Source: Azolla caroliniana (taxonomy: Eukaryota; Plantae; Polypodiophyta). Taken from it: 63,822 nucleotides of DNA. The DNA lies in contig JBHGNT010000160.1 in the NCBI GenBank assembly GCA_043228905.1, forward strand, positions 1 through 63,822, in the 5' to 3' direction. A program made the translations under genes and the position numbers. Shown in pieces: positions 1 to 12,300 of this stretch (its first letter is position 1; each line of letters starts with the position of its first letter). The notes under the pieces were generated by a model. That model was not told the origin of the DNA. It did not search any database and worked only from the letters and a program-made list of their open reading frames with translations.

Positions 1-2216
1 AACAAACTCAACTAATTAAACAATGGGTTTTCAAATATTGATCAATAAGCAACTCAACGTTTTGATTAGCACAAGGTTCATTCATACGACTCAACATTTA
101 GGCTAAAATATGGAAATAATCACATTATACATGCATATACAAGAAACCAGTCATTTTGATAACACAAGGGTTGTACCTGCAACCTTGCACTTAGGGAAAA
201 TTCACATGTGTACTCGCATATGTTGATGGTCTTCATGAAAAAGAATGAATGAGCTTGATATGCATATACAAGCAATTGAATATTTTTCATTACAGAAGGT
301 TCTTCCATACAACCATACATCTGGGAAAAACTATGTAAAAAAAGTAACATCTAGATGCTTGTTCAAACAGCCATAATTTTTTGTCCAATAAAAGGCTCGC
401 TTATGTATGTTTGAGGGGCTCTTTGAAAAAACTTAAAGAAACTGAACATTTTATTTTAACACATGCATCTTATAGAAAGTAAATCATAGTCAGTTCATTT
501 GATGGGTTTAGGGCTTGCCAAGTCACCTGATTTGTGAATCCTCAGTTTTTTTCTTGTAATACTTTGTATAAAGTGTCAACTAAATGACTTTTTTGAACCT
601 TTTCTTGTAGCTACGAGATGGGTCTATAAACAAGGGTACTGTTACATCTATGAAGCCAAATGTTGACCATTTCATTTTACACTCTGAGATTTCTAAGGTA
701 TGTTCGCAGTTTTTGTGGAATGACATCATGGACGTTGCACGAAACTTGTTTACTTTTATTAATATTGCTCAGCCACAACCATCCTCTGGCTTAGAAACCT
801 CCAAATAAATAGCCTGCGAATGTAATTGCCTGGATACATTTGTTATTTTCATAGCCATCACAAGAAAATATTCTATGTGTTTTGATATGCTTGGTATTTT
901 CACAAATTTACAAGCTTTGCCAAAAATTTGTTTGCTTCAAGGACATTATATTGTGGGAAATTTTGACTTGAAACTCACATGAATGATAAGTAGTTCGATT
1001 ATGGGAGTATTGTCCAATTCATTCACGTAATCTTGATTCTACTCACATGATGGACAATATTGTATTAGTTTTTGTTCCATTTTAAAATATTTTGATTAAT
1101 AGCATAGAATATGGAAACTTTGCAAATTAGCATGACACATTTTGGAGTTTCTACAAAACTAGAAACATGGTATTTGTTTAGTAGAGGCTAAAGTCACTGG
1201 GGTCCCTAAGTATGGTGAGAAGTAGACATTGCAACTTGTGGCTATAATTTGAGAAATGTGGCAAGTTGGATGGATGTTGTCTCAGAGAATGAAAGCAAAT
1301 GTGAGATTCTTAATGTGTGATGAAAACGCTAGTTGACTTACAAGGAATAAATAGAAAACCAACAACAAAAAACATTTGTCATGTCAATGAGGAAATAATC
1401 TTTTGGAGGGCATGACGGAAGGAACGTCCATACATCCATAGCTAACAAAAATTACGGAGTGATGAATCTTTCCAAAATGTTTCTAGTAACCTTGTCAAAT
1501 TTCTAAAGATAACTACAAGTTGCCTGATGAGTAGTTTGTTTGCGATATCACTTAGTATTAACTCTTCGTGGAAAAGCATTGAGTGTAAAATTTCTAATTT
1601 GGGAAAATTTTAAACATGTCATTTTGATTGCTATAAAGTTCCAAGAACTCTCTGTTTTTACATTTATAAAGGCCTTTTCTCATTGTAATCCTCCTAAGAG
1701 CTTCTAGGATATATTTGGGTCACTTGGCCAGGGTGAACTGGCTAAAATGCTGTAAAATTCTTTTTAATAAAAAATAATATTCTGTCCCCTTAAACTAGAT
1801 TATTAGGGGACTCCTAAAACCAATATGTTTCTCCTCTATGTCATTCTGTATGCTCTGCACTGCAACTGTTCTTTCTCTCCTGTCACTCCTACCGTAAGTC
1901 CACACCATTGCACACAGGTTTCACCAAAATTAACCTCTTGGCCTGTTGTCAACTGGTATCAAGCAAGGTATATCTCTTGCGACAAAAGCTCTTCAGGCAA
2001 AAGAGTGCTGCTATTGATTTAGATCTCCAAGCATTTCAAGTATCCTTGCGTGAACATTTCCTAAACAGGAGGAATCTCATAAACATATGTTGTTTGTAGA
2101 TATTCCAATGCAAGTAAACTTTGTTGCAACAATATATTTAGGTTCAGCCCATAAAGATCTTGTAGAAGTATCCTTGCGAGAACATTTCCTAAACAAGAGA
2201 AATCCCATAAACATCT

Positions 2217-4247
2217 TGTTGATATATTTCGGTAGTGATGTGTGTGAACACACTTAGGACAAAGATTTGTGAACACACTTAGGACTACATGGGCATTTTT
2301 TCCCTCTTTAGGAGGTTTTTCCCCCTGTCTATAAATACTCTCATAACCCTAAAGTGGGGTAGTTTTTGTGAATCAAAACAAGAACCCAATAGTGGTATCA
2401 GAGCAACTAAGCGACGTTTGAGCAGCAACACGAGTGAACAGCAAGGTGACGGCCCCCATCCGCAATTCGTGTGTGCCATCTATGTTGGCGTTTTTCTACT
2501 ACTGCAAAACAAATTTCTGCGTGTTTTTAGGGTTTAGGGTCAATGAAAGAGACAAAATATCTATATCCATTAATAGAACTTGTGGAACACGGTCCCCAAA
2601 CATCAGAGTGTATCACATCAAACGCATGGGAACTCCTATGACCTGAACTAACATACGAGCTTTTAGTAAGCTTACAAAATTCACATGCATCACAAACAAG
2701 TTTCGATCTATCAGCCTTTTCAAAAAGGTGTGGATACACCTGACTCAAAACCCCATAAGAGGTCTGTCCCATACGTTGATGGTAAAGCATCAACAAGTCC
2801 TCACAACTCATTTTAGACCCCCTTACATCTGTTCCCTCTACCATAGAAGCTAATGCTGAATCCAGCCCTTCATGATCCAAATACCATAGTCCATTATGCC
2901 ATGTGCCAGTCCCAAGTCTCCGACCTATCCCTTTCTCCTAGAATGTCACCTTGGGAATATCAAAAGAAACAACACATTTTAGTTGGAGTATGATAGAACT
3001 TATGGATAATAGGTTTACTGGGAAAGGAGCATGCAACACATTAGACAATGTCACAGAGTCGGTACATTTCATTGTACCTATACCAACTACAAGTTGTGTT
3101 GTATCACCGGCAGTTTTGAATGCTCTCTAGTATTGCTAAGTGAGTATATGAGGAGAACTTGCTAGCATTACCCGTCACATGCCTAGATGAACCAGAATCA
3201 ATTATCCATTCTGGTGTAGAGGCAAGAGTATGTGTGTTACTAGTACCTTTGGCGGAATAAGCATAGGTAGCAACATTACCCCTTTGCATGAATGTGGCTC
3301 TTTGCTTCCTCCCAAGTTTTTCTAAGAGAGCTTGATCCTCTTCGGTGAACACCACCTTACCATCAGGTTTGCCCGGTGACCTCCTCTTCCACCTCTTTGG
3401 CCCCCACAACCGTGACCTCTAGTTTGTCCACGTCCTCCATATTCTGAAAGTTGAGGTGGTTGTGTTCCCGTCACAACTCCATACGCTACAATCTCAGCCT
3501 GCTTCATGTATTTCACCAATCTTTTCACCTGATCCTCGTTCGAATTTGACAACACCACATCCATCTTCTCAACCTAGACCATCTCCTCTCCTCTTCTGAC
3601 TTCTTTTCTGAAGTCACCACTTATTCACATAGCACTCTCATCCTAGAAGGAGAAGCCTCCCTCTCGTCTCTTGGATGCTAGGACAGTGTTCTGTTCATTG
3701 TTACACCAGCAGAGGGGCGGATCTAAGGTTTGGCAGAGGGGAGGATCTAGGGTATTGTAGAGGGGCGGATCTAGGCTCTGATACCATATTGAAAAATGAG
3801 AAAAACACCTTTATTCTCAAGAATATACATATATGTCACAACAAGAGAGAGAAAACACAGAGATCACTTTTTACATGAGGAGAAGGTTCCTCTTAAAGGC
3901 CAAGATCTGGCCATTGGGATAACTAGCTGTTGGGGTTGGCTAGTCGTTTGGCTATTAACTTTAATCATTCTCAACAGTGCTAGCTCCTTGTTCACCGCAT
4001 CACTCCCAAGGGGGATTTGTTGATATATTTCAGTTGTGATATGTGTGAACACACTTAGGACAGTGGTGTGTGTGAAGACACTTAGGACAGTGGTGTGTGT
4101 GAACACACTTAGGACAGTGATGTGTGTGAACACACTTAGGATTACAGGGGCATTTTTTCCCTCTTTAGGAGGTTTTTTACACCTGTCTATAAATATTCTT
4201 ATAACCCTACAGTGGGGTAGTTTTTGTGATTCAAAAAGAACCCAATA
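2217..4247 (+). mobile_element. Non-autonomous or internally deleted LTR retroelement (element B) in SR-beta intron
   Basis: Direct-repeat LTRs 2217-2391 and 4018-4247, both TGTTGATATATTTC...GAACCCAATA. tRNA-Met PBS TGGTATCAGAGC at 2393-2404. Purine tract AAGGGGGA just before the 3' LTR. Near-perfect 5-bp TSD CATCT (2212-2216) / CATCA (4248-4252). Confidence 0.88.
2540..3976 (-). mobile_element. 5' half of a Ty1/Copia retrotransposon (element A): LTR, PBS, degenerate gag-protease-integrase
   Basis: Minus-strand LTR 3976-3790 (TGTTGAGAATG...CA) and PBS TGGTATCAGAGC at 3786-3775. Frameshifted ORF pieces carry the protease WIIDSGSSRHVTG, pre-integrase YHQRMG, CDACEFCK and integrase start IHSDVWGP..GYRYFVSFID. 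Truncated at ~2540. Confidence 0.88.
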
Positions 4248-4499
4248 CATCAGCTATTTGTAGATATTCCAATGCAGGAAAACTGTCACAGTAATATATT
4301 GAGGTTCAGCCGAATTTTTTTTCAAAGTCAAAGCTTGTGCCATCAAATTGTTTATCTCATACATTGATTTAAGCTAACTTTTAGTGTTAGCCATTTCCAT
4401 GGAAAAACCAAATTAAGTCAGTTAGTTTCCAAAATTCCTATTACTTAAGGAATGTGACCATGCTTAGTGAATTACTAGGTAGAAAGAGCATGTTAACAG

Positions 4500-5610
4500 C
4501 TCCGTATGCTTCTCTTCTAATGTGGTGGCTGAAAAATATAATAGGACCCTATGTGAGAGGGTGAGTACATGTTGTCCTCAGCTAATCTCCTTCATGGCTT
4601 TTGGGGTGAGCTTATTAAAGTTGTAGTATCTATAAGCAGTAGATTCCCTCCCATAATGTTGAAAGTTGGCATCCCTGAATAGGTCTGGTCTAGCAAATCA
4701 GTCTTGCATGACCATCTTCACATATTTGGCTGTGATGCATTTGTGTATAGTAGCTATGAACTTAGAAATAAACTTCATGCAAAGTCCATTAAGAGCATCG
4801 CCCTCAGGTATGATGAAGGTGAAATGGGCTATAGGATACGGCTACCTTAGCTGAAAAATGCTGTACACAACCTGGATGCCGTCTATAATTAGGCCAAGCT
4901 ATTTGAATCTTGTCGTGCCGTGAAGAATCATAGCAAAAAGGCAAGACTTCAATGTAACCTGCCAGCCATTGATGAAGATGATGTGCCTCAGCTGGAACCA
5001 TAAAGGGCTGAAAATCATGATGAGCCCCCAGGAAATGCTGCCAGAAGATGATGATCAGTCATAATAATGCTGAAAATAGCTGTAAATGATGAATCGCTGA
5101 ATGTTGAAGATTCTGTGGTTCCTGCTTTAGACTGAAGGTCATTGGCTACTGAGACTTAGGGGAATTGTTCAAGGGTAAGAATGTCATTCCTGATAGGTGG
5201 GTGTATAAAATCAATACCATGGATCAAAAACCCGAGCACAAAGGAAGGCTAGTTGCAAAAGGCTATGTACATGTCAAAGGGGTTGGCTTTCAAGAGGCGT
5301 TCATGTAGTCAAAATGACCACCTTGCGGACTATGCTCACTCTAATTTTGCCTCTTGACTTGGAGCTTTACAAGATGGATGTAAAGACTGGTTTCTTGCAT
5401 GGTGGCATTGAAGAAGAGCTATATATAGAAATCCCATACGGATTTGCAATTCCTGATAAGAAACATTCTGTATGCAAACGCAGCAGTCTATACTGGCTGA
5501 AACAAGCTCCTAGACGGTGGTACAAGTAGTTTGGTGCTTTTATGTTATCAAGTAGGTTAAAAAGGAGCCATGCAAATCATTGCATTTAAGCAAAAAGGGA
5601 TGTAGATGAC
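4500..5610 (+). mobile_element. Older degenerate Ty1/Copia pol remnant (integrase C-terminal region + RT)
   Basis: Translates with stops and shifts to VAEKYNRTLCERV.., HLHIFGCDAFVY..RNKLHAKS..GYRI (post-integrase region), then RWVYKI..KGRLVAKGY and LYKMDVKTGFLHGGIEEELYIEIPYGF..SLYWLKQAPRRWYK (Copia RT motifs). Confidence 0.85.
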
Positions 5611-7246
5611 ATTTGAGAAGTTGCATGGCCAAAAAAACAACCAGAGTGATTCATCTTTCAGCTACGGATATATCTTTTAAAAATGCTTCTAGTAACCTGT
5701 TCAAAATCTAAAGAAAACTAAAACCTGCTTGATCATTAGTTTGTTGGGTGTATCCCTTTGTATAAACCTTCATTATGAAGAAATGAATTAAAAATTCTAA
5801 TTTGGAGAAATTATAAATCTTTAATTCAAGTAATATCCCCATGATTATTTCTTTGCATTTTTGTTCCAGCAAGAAAAGCTAAGGGTTGTCCGTATAGTAG
5901 ATGTACCTGGGTCCTGGACACTTACGGTTGAGATCAAAACTAGATGAATTTTTTCCTGAGGCAGGAGGGATAGTTTTCCTTGTGGATGCAGCAGATGTTA
6001 TATCCAATGTCAGGGCCACAGCGGAGTAAGCATTCCATACAGTGTAATCCTTTGATAGTGATGGACATATTTGAGAACTTAATAGAACTTTCTCCCTACC
6101 TCCTAAGGTTTCCTTTTGTGGTGCAATGCAGGGTAAAAAAAGCACCCTTTTTTCTTGATTTGTAACTTTTGTACTGTTTGAAAAGATTCCGTTAATAGTA
6201 GTTTGTATGCTGCAGGCAATGGATCCGTACAATTGTTTTCTGTAATAGAAAATATAAGTATTTTATTCATGTCACTCATATTTAGATATTAAAAAGGTAG
6301 GCATGATATTTTGTGGAGATATGTCTGGCTTCAAGTAACGAGCCTTTATCCGAAGATTCACTCATTTTATGTATGATCCTAATTAAAGCAAAGTTTGCAG
6401 AGAAGTTGAAGTACAGCAAGTGGGCTCTCAGATAATACAATCATTCAGGTTAAAGTGTAGATAGCTTTGTAAGTCCCTAACAAACAAAATTTTGTCGAGA
6501 TACTTGATGTAAGCTGTATCTAATAATTTTCTCACCATAAAGGAACGCTTGAAGTGTGCACAAGACATTTTTCAGATTATAAAATAAACATTCTGCAGGC
6601 CTTGAATTTTAACACTTAGCTAACTCTGCTTCTTATGACCAAACTTTTCTGTAGGTACTTGTATGAGCTGCTATCTAAGTCATGGATCGTGAAAAGGAAA
6701 ATTCCTGTGCTGATATTTGCAACTAGATAAAGTCACTGCACATGCTCCAGACTTCATTCGCAAGCAGCTCGAGAAGGAGATGTAAATTCATCTTGTCATA
6801 TATACTTAAGCTAAACATGTTCAATCATAGGAAAGGTCTTTAAGTACTTGTGCCAGCAGCTGTTTTGTGCGTAAATTCATTTCTATAATTCATTGTTTTC
6901 CATTTTGTGCAGTGAAAAGTTGTGCCTTACTTGGAATGCGGTATCAGATGCTGATGTGGCTAGTGAAGTCAAATTAGGTAAAGGAGAACCTTTCAAATTC
7001 ACTCAATGTGTAAACAAAGTCACAGTTGAAGAGGCAGCCGTTATAACCAACCAAATTACGATTATTGAAAATTTTATAAGAAACCACACTGTACGCTGAA
7101 AGATAGTTCTTAATGCTGATGATCAAGATCTTGCAAAGATGTTGATCCTTTTTATTCCAGAAGATGGTCTAAATGCTAGGGTTGTTCGTGTATGTTAAAT
7201 TTTGGTATGGTTTCTGAGGCTTGTATTCTAGAACACTTGAACTTGA

Positions 7247-7545
7247 AGAGCAGATTTATTCAGACATTTCTTACTATGAATCTCAGTGGATAAATTTGTA
7301 TTCAAGCACATCTACCCATCAGACGAAGTAAGATCTGATTCGTAGAGCAGATTTATTCAGATAGTTCTTACCATATTTTTCAGTGTTTAAATTTGGATTC
7401 AAGAACTTTTTCCCATCAGACGAAGTAAGATCTGAGTTGTAGAGCAGATTTATTCAGACAGTTCTTACCATATTTTTTAGAGTTTAAATTTGGATTCAAG
7501 AACATTTTCGCATCAGACAAAGTAAGATCCGAGTCATAGTGCAGA
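7247..7545. repeat. 97-bp tandem repeat, 3 copies, downstream of SR-beta stop
   Basis: AGAGCAGATTTATTCAGA...CATCAGACGAAGTAAGATC units start at 7247, 7344 and 7441. Confidence 0.92.
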
Positions 7546-7799
7546 GTCTGAAATATCTCCAAATCTGAGACCAACTCAAAGCATTTTAGATTGCTTGCAT
7601 TAATTTAATGCAATAGTATGATACAAGCACAACTTCATACTGAATGATAAACCTGCATTTGGTTTATTAGAGACACTGATTTTGTGTTTAGAATGACGAA
7701 TATGGGAGACCATTTCTAAGGTGTCTCAAATTTTTATTATTACTGTGATGCTAGTGTAAAGATATTATGTCTGTTTCAATCTCTTTTGGGCTAGGAGAT

Positions 7800-7945
7800 G
7801 CCCTAGTTCACTTGGAGAAGAATGAGACACCACACGCTCTCCAAAAACAGGGGAAAGAGCCATCATTGAGAAGCATAGGAGGCTTGAGTCAAGTCTCCTA
7901 AAGCACAATTGTACGATTGAGGTGAGGTGTATCATGTGGCCTTGG
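7800..7945 (-). repeat. Dispersed repeat fragment, related in opposite orientation to ~50615-50745
   Basis: Reverse complement reads ..AAGGCCACATGA..ATTGTGCTTTAGGAGACTTGACTCAAG..TGGCTCTT..TCTCATTCTTCTC; 50615-50745 reads AAGGCCCCATGA..ATTGTGCTTGAGAAGTCTTAACTCAAG..TGGCTCTT..TCTCATTCTCCTC. Confidence 0.6.
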
Positions 7946-8065
7946 GATGAGTCAACATGACCAGTTGATCTTGCCGTCTTGACTTTTGACCTTTTTTTAT
8001 GGTCGGGTTTATTTACATTTCTAAATCAAGCAAACCAGTTATAACATCTCAGACTTCTTTAGAGA

Positions 8066-8072
<7 letters not shown>

Positions 8073-8136
<64 letters not shown>
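8073..8136. repeat. (TC)32 microsatellite
   Basis: Perfect dinucleotide run. Confidence 0.97.
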
Positions 8137-8138
<2 letters not shown>

Positions 8139-11100
8139 GTGACATAAACTTTTATAGTCTACAGTTTGGTAGGGACCAATGGGCTATTTTCTCTTGTGAG
8201 TTGTAGGTCCAGAATCCAAATCTAAAATGTTCCATTTTGATACGAGGAATGGTCAAAGAAAAAATCCAAAATGTGTCCTTTTCATTCTAGGAATGGCCTT
8301 CAATCCATCAAGTTTTCCTCTACCTTGTAGAACTAGGGTCATAAGGTTGTTAAGGTTGACTATTTCTAGGCTCAAATGGCATTTTGTTGGTAGTTTTTTG
8401 GCATCATACATAATATAGATTGAGTCATTGTACTAGGTATTATTTAGCCACACCCACTAAGCTCACAGTGACACATGCATTGTAATAGTGTCATTGATTG
8501 TTCATTGGACACAACCCTAAAATGGTGCTAAATTTACAATACCCTTATTTTTTTATGAAATTCTCAAAACGTATATTATCTTTCTTCATCAATTCTCACA
8601 CACTCTTTTATTCTCATTATCATCACCACCATGACAATCATCACTATTAAAAGAATGATGGCAATGAAAGAAAAAGAAGAATGTGATGTTGATGATGAAG
8701 AGAGAGAGAGATTATGGATGTGATCATCTAGATCATGGTGGTGTTGGTGCTTATGATGATGGTTGAGGTGGAGAAAGATGGAGATAAAGGTGAGAAAAAA
8801 TGGTGGGAGAGTGAAACTTTGGCGCTGCCCCTTGTATAACATAGTGTTTGACTATCATATATATTGGGTCCTATGATATAAATCGAGGTACGATAAATGG
8901 GTTCTTGGTAAATGTTCTCCATAGAGTACCAAAACAAATGTGTACATTGAAAGAATAATTGATTTGATAATTTCCACACTTGACCTTAGCTAATACTTTG
9001 TCCTTAGAGGAGTTAACAGGTTTGCCCTTGCCATAAAATCCACGCCATTGTATACATATAGGGACACTACAGGTTTGTGTATTGTCACATTGTTTTATTA
9101 TATACACTACTTTCACCAAAAAAACATGGGACTAGATAGAAATGGTAATTTCTCAAAAGCAATATTTTGGCAAATTGGCCTTGGCCTAATTCATGACAAT
9201 CATAGAGTGTTGTATTATTTCTTGGAACTCTTAAGTCAGAATTTTGCATAATGCAACTTCAAAACGAGTTTTTGTTAGGGACAAGATATTTAATATTTTA
9301 CGCTAATCAATGAAGTCATTAAGAATTTTCATGCAAGTAAAAAGTATATTTTGAATGCAACTATAGCAAACAATGTTGTCCATGGTAAGTTATTTAATGT
9401 GCAATAAATGGTGAAAGTTTGAATCCATTAAAACTAGTTAAATTGTTGGGTGGAGCATTACTATGTGTTTATGTGCGGTGATTTTAATGATATCCTTGCA
9501 ATTCTCCTCGGAGACAAGTAATACTTGAGATTGAAACATGTTGAATGTTCAAACTTCAAACTATTGGCCACTTCTATGACATCCGTTGTAAACTTTGGAC
9601 TCATCGACCCCCCTAAGTTTTCAAACTAAACATCAATGTCACTTGGGATTGAAAGGGTTAACCTAATTTGCCTCAATAATTGATTGGTTATAGATGATCC
9701 ATACTAATATTGTAGAAAGGGCGTTTCACAACATTTTTCCAAGTTTCTTATGCACATTTGTATAATGTTGCATTTTTTGTACATAGTGTACATACAAGCA
9801 TTCAAGACTACAAATGTGGGTTTCATACAAAGATATTAAGTTGTGTTTGGGATGCGATGACAATATGTGCCTCTTATTTGTGGAATTAAATTACTTAATT
9901 CCATCTATGAATCCACAAACACATAGGTACCATACATGGGACATCTCTACAAATGAAAAAGTGTTTCATCTTGTGTGTGTGTGTGTGTGGAGAGAGAGAG
10001 AGAGAAGGGAAGTTGATTTGGCAATTTTCACAACTATGTATGTTATATGGGGACGTTGTCCCGAGAGGAGATGGACTTATGTCATCTAGTTTTGCAACAC
10101 TTGAGAGGGTTTCCCTAGCACTATCACTATTTATGAAGTAGTAAAGATAGCAAGGGTTGTATTATCATCTTGTTTTAATAACAAACATTGATTTACGAAG
10201 AGAGAGAGAGAGAGAGAGAGAGAGTAGTGTTTGGCTTTCAAGGAGGGATACCCCAGATACTTCTTATTGTTTGAAAACTTTTGGGATAGCAAAAAGTTGA
10301 TGAGAAAGGAAGAATTTGTAAAGACCATTTATTATTATACAACCAACAAGCTTGGAACCATCTTGCTAAATCTCGCCATATTTAATTCCATAATGCACCA
10401 ATCTTTCGATGGATATTTCTAATTGCACCCACACCTACATGCACTCACACGTACACATCTTATTTTGTTGTGATAGTGGGACACAACACAGACTGAGTTA
10501 CTTTTTATTGGATAAGATGGTATGCAAGGGTTTTGAGATTTGTCCATAGTTTGGAGTCATCAATTACCACTCTCTTTATTTATGACCCCTTGAAAGTGTT
10601 ATGAGAGCTACATCCTCCACAAGCCTCAGTGAATGAGTCGTGGATGCCCTCATACACATGTGCCCCATTTGTATTCATGCACTAATGGCACACATTTAGG
10701 CTCCCTTGAATTTCTAGGGACGATGATTGGGACACTTAATATCTTCCCAATCGATGGTTATAGCATCATGCTTGGGAGGGCATATATATCTTAACGTATC
10801 AAGGTTGCACATTGCTTAGATCAATGGCAATGCATTGACCTCAAAAAGCTCCAAAATATAATGTCCTAACATTTGCTCGCTCAAATATAAAATGATATAG
10901 TACCTCACCAATGTTGGCCCTTATATGGACCACTATGCCCTTTTTCCTTGGTCCAATGACATATATTGCTCTAAATGAACTCTAAATGGAGTGTACTAGA
11001 GATTGCTTGCTAAGATAGTATATGATAGTGCAATACCTCATCACCACCGGTTGGTCCCTATAAAAACAACATGACAAAGGGGCGACCTCAATTGTATGAA

Positions 11101-12300
11101 CATGGCAAGGCTTCACATTCCCTCCTAGTTCAATTCCTATAAATAAATGCATCGTTCACATCCATCCATGTACAATGACCACCGAAATCTCATGTCATGA
11201 CCAAGTATAGCAGTACTTAATCAAATGAACCCAACTCATGATGTGTATGAACATGTCGAGCCCACACACATCCTCCTTGTGCAAATCTTATACATTCATC
11301 TCTCGTCCACATCCTTGCACAAATTGCCCCTAAAATCCTCAGTTGTAGCGGTACTTGTGAAGCGACCCCAACGCATTATGGTTGTGAGGTTTTTATGCCG
11401 CGAGCAAGTGACTAATCGGGGGGGGGGGGGGGGGGGGGAGCGTCCGGACATTGGCACAGTGTGAAACCATGGGAGAAGAAGAAGAAGAAGATGCAGATTT
11501 GCGTGTGAATTGACTTACAGTACTTCAATGTGAAACCAAGTAAAACGTAATAGTAAGTAGTAGTAGTAGTGGTAGTAATAGCTTAGTTAGAGAAAGAAGG
11601 CTCTCTTCTCTCTCTTTCTCTCGTCTTGCGTCTTGGTTCGGGAACGAGGCTACAGCCGGGACGAGGTTCGGGATCCGAGGCTCCGTGAAGTGTAGGTTCG
11701 GTGGAAAGCTGCAGACTTGGTGAGCTCATCGTTCTCGCTTTCTCCCCCTTTTCTTCTTCTCTGCAAACTCTGTTTCTTCTTCTTCTTCTTCTTCTTCTTC
11801 TCCCTCCTACACTTCCCAAAATTTCTTTCACTCTGTTCTGCCTCCCCGCACAGCAAGTAAAACCCCTCATTTCTTCTCCCCCTCTCTCTGATCCGCCACC
11901 GGTCTCTGCCTCCCCCAGAACAACCTTCTTTTTGTCTCTCCTCTGGTAAAAAACCTCGTTTTTTCTCGCGTTAAACGCTGAAATTTGATAACAATTTCCT
12001 TCTCTCTGTTTACAGTTTTGATGTCTTCCTCTTTTTTTACTGTGTTTCGAGAAACATTTTTACCCCTCAAAAGGTTCCGTTTTCCTTTGAGGATCCATGT
12101 CGTCCGTTTCTCTGTTCTGACTAAAAGCTCAACGTAATTAGCGAGAAATGCTTTTTATATACTAAATTTCTTCAATTTCCTTGCAATTTCAGACCATTCC
12201 TTTTAGCTTCTCAGCATGATTTCCTATAACTCTTGAATTGCTTCGACAAAGCTGATTTCTATTCAAATTTGTTTCAATTTCTTTCATTTTGGCTGCGAAA

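Larger units (their letters stand above)
2038..4311 (+). repeat. 128-bp tandem duplication of intron DNA; second copy split by element B
   Basis: AAGTATCCTTGCG.GAACATTTCCTAAACA at 2038 and 2166. The continuation TTTGTAGATATTCCAATGCA...AGGTTCAGCC occurs at ~2093-2149 and again at ~4257-4311, after the element. Confidence 0.8.
611..7099 (+). pseudogene. SRPRB: Signal recognition particle receptor beta subunit (SR-beta GTPase), disabled; 5' exons lie upstream of the window
   Basis: GT-AG-bounded exons 611-697 (LRDGSINKGTVTSMKPNVDHFILHSEISK), 5870-6025 (VRIVDVPG/HLRLRSKLDEFFPEAGGIVFLVDA), 6655-6781 (YLYELL..KRKIPVLIFA/LDKVTAHAPDFIRKQLEKE), 6913-7099 (..FKFTQCVNKVTVEEA..IENFIRNH). These follow plant SR-beta as I recall it. 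A +7-nt frameshift at 5906-5917 and a frameshifting deletion in the NKxD motif near 6720 each create premature stops. Confidence 0.88.

Noticed and set aside
4029-4140. 27-bp repeats (also the 97- and 151-bp arrays) as a possible CRISPR array
   Set aside because: Head-to-tail repeats with no unique spacers, no cas genes, and a eukaryotic LTR or intron context.
8575-8820. CAT-rich then ATG-rich segment forming a possible hairpin or miRNA precursor; His-rich ORF
   Set aside because: Low-complexity complementarity with only a ~14-bp stem visible and no recognisable conserved miRNA.
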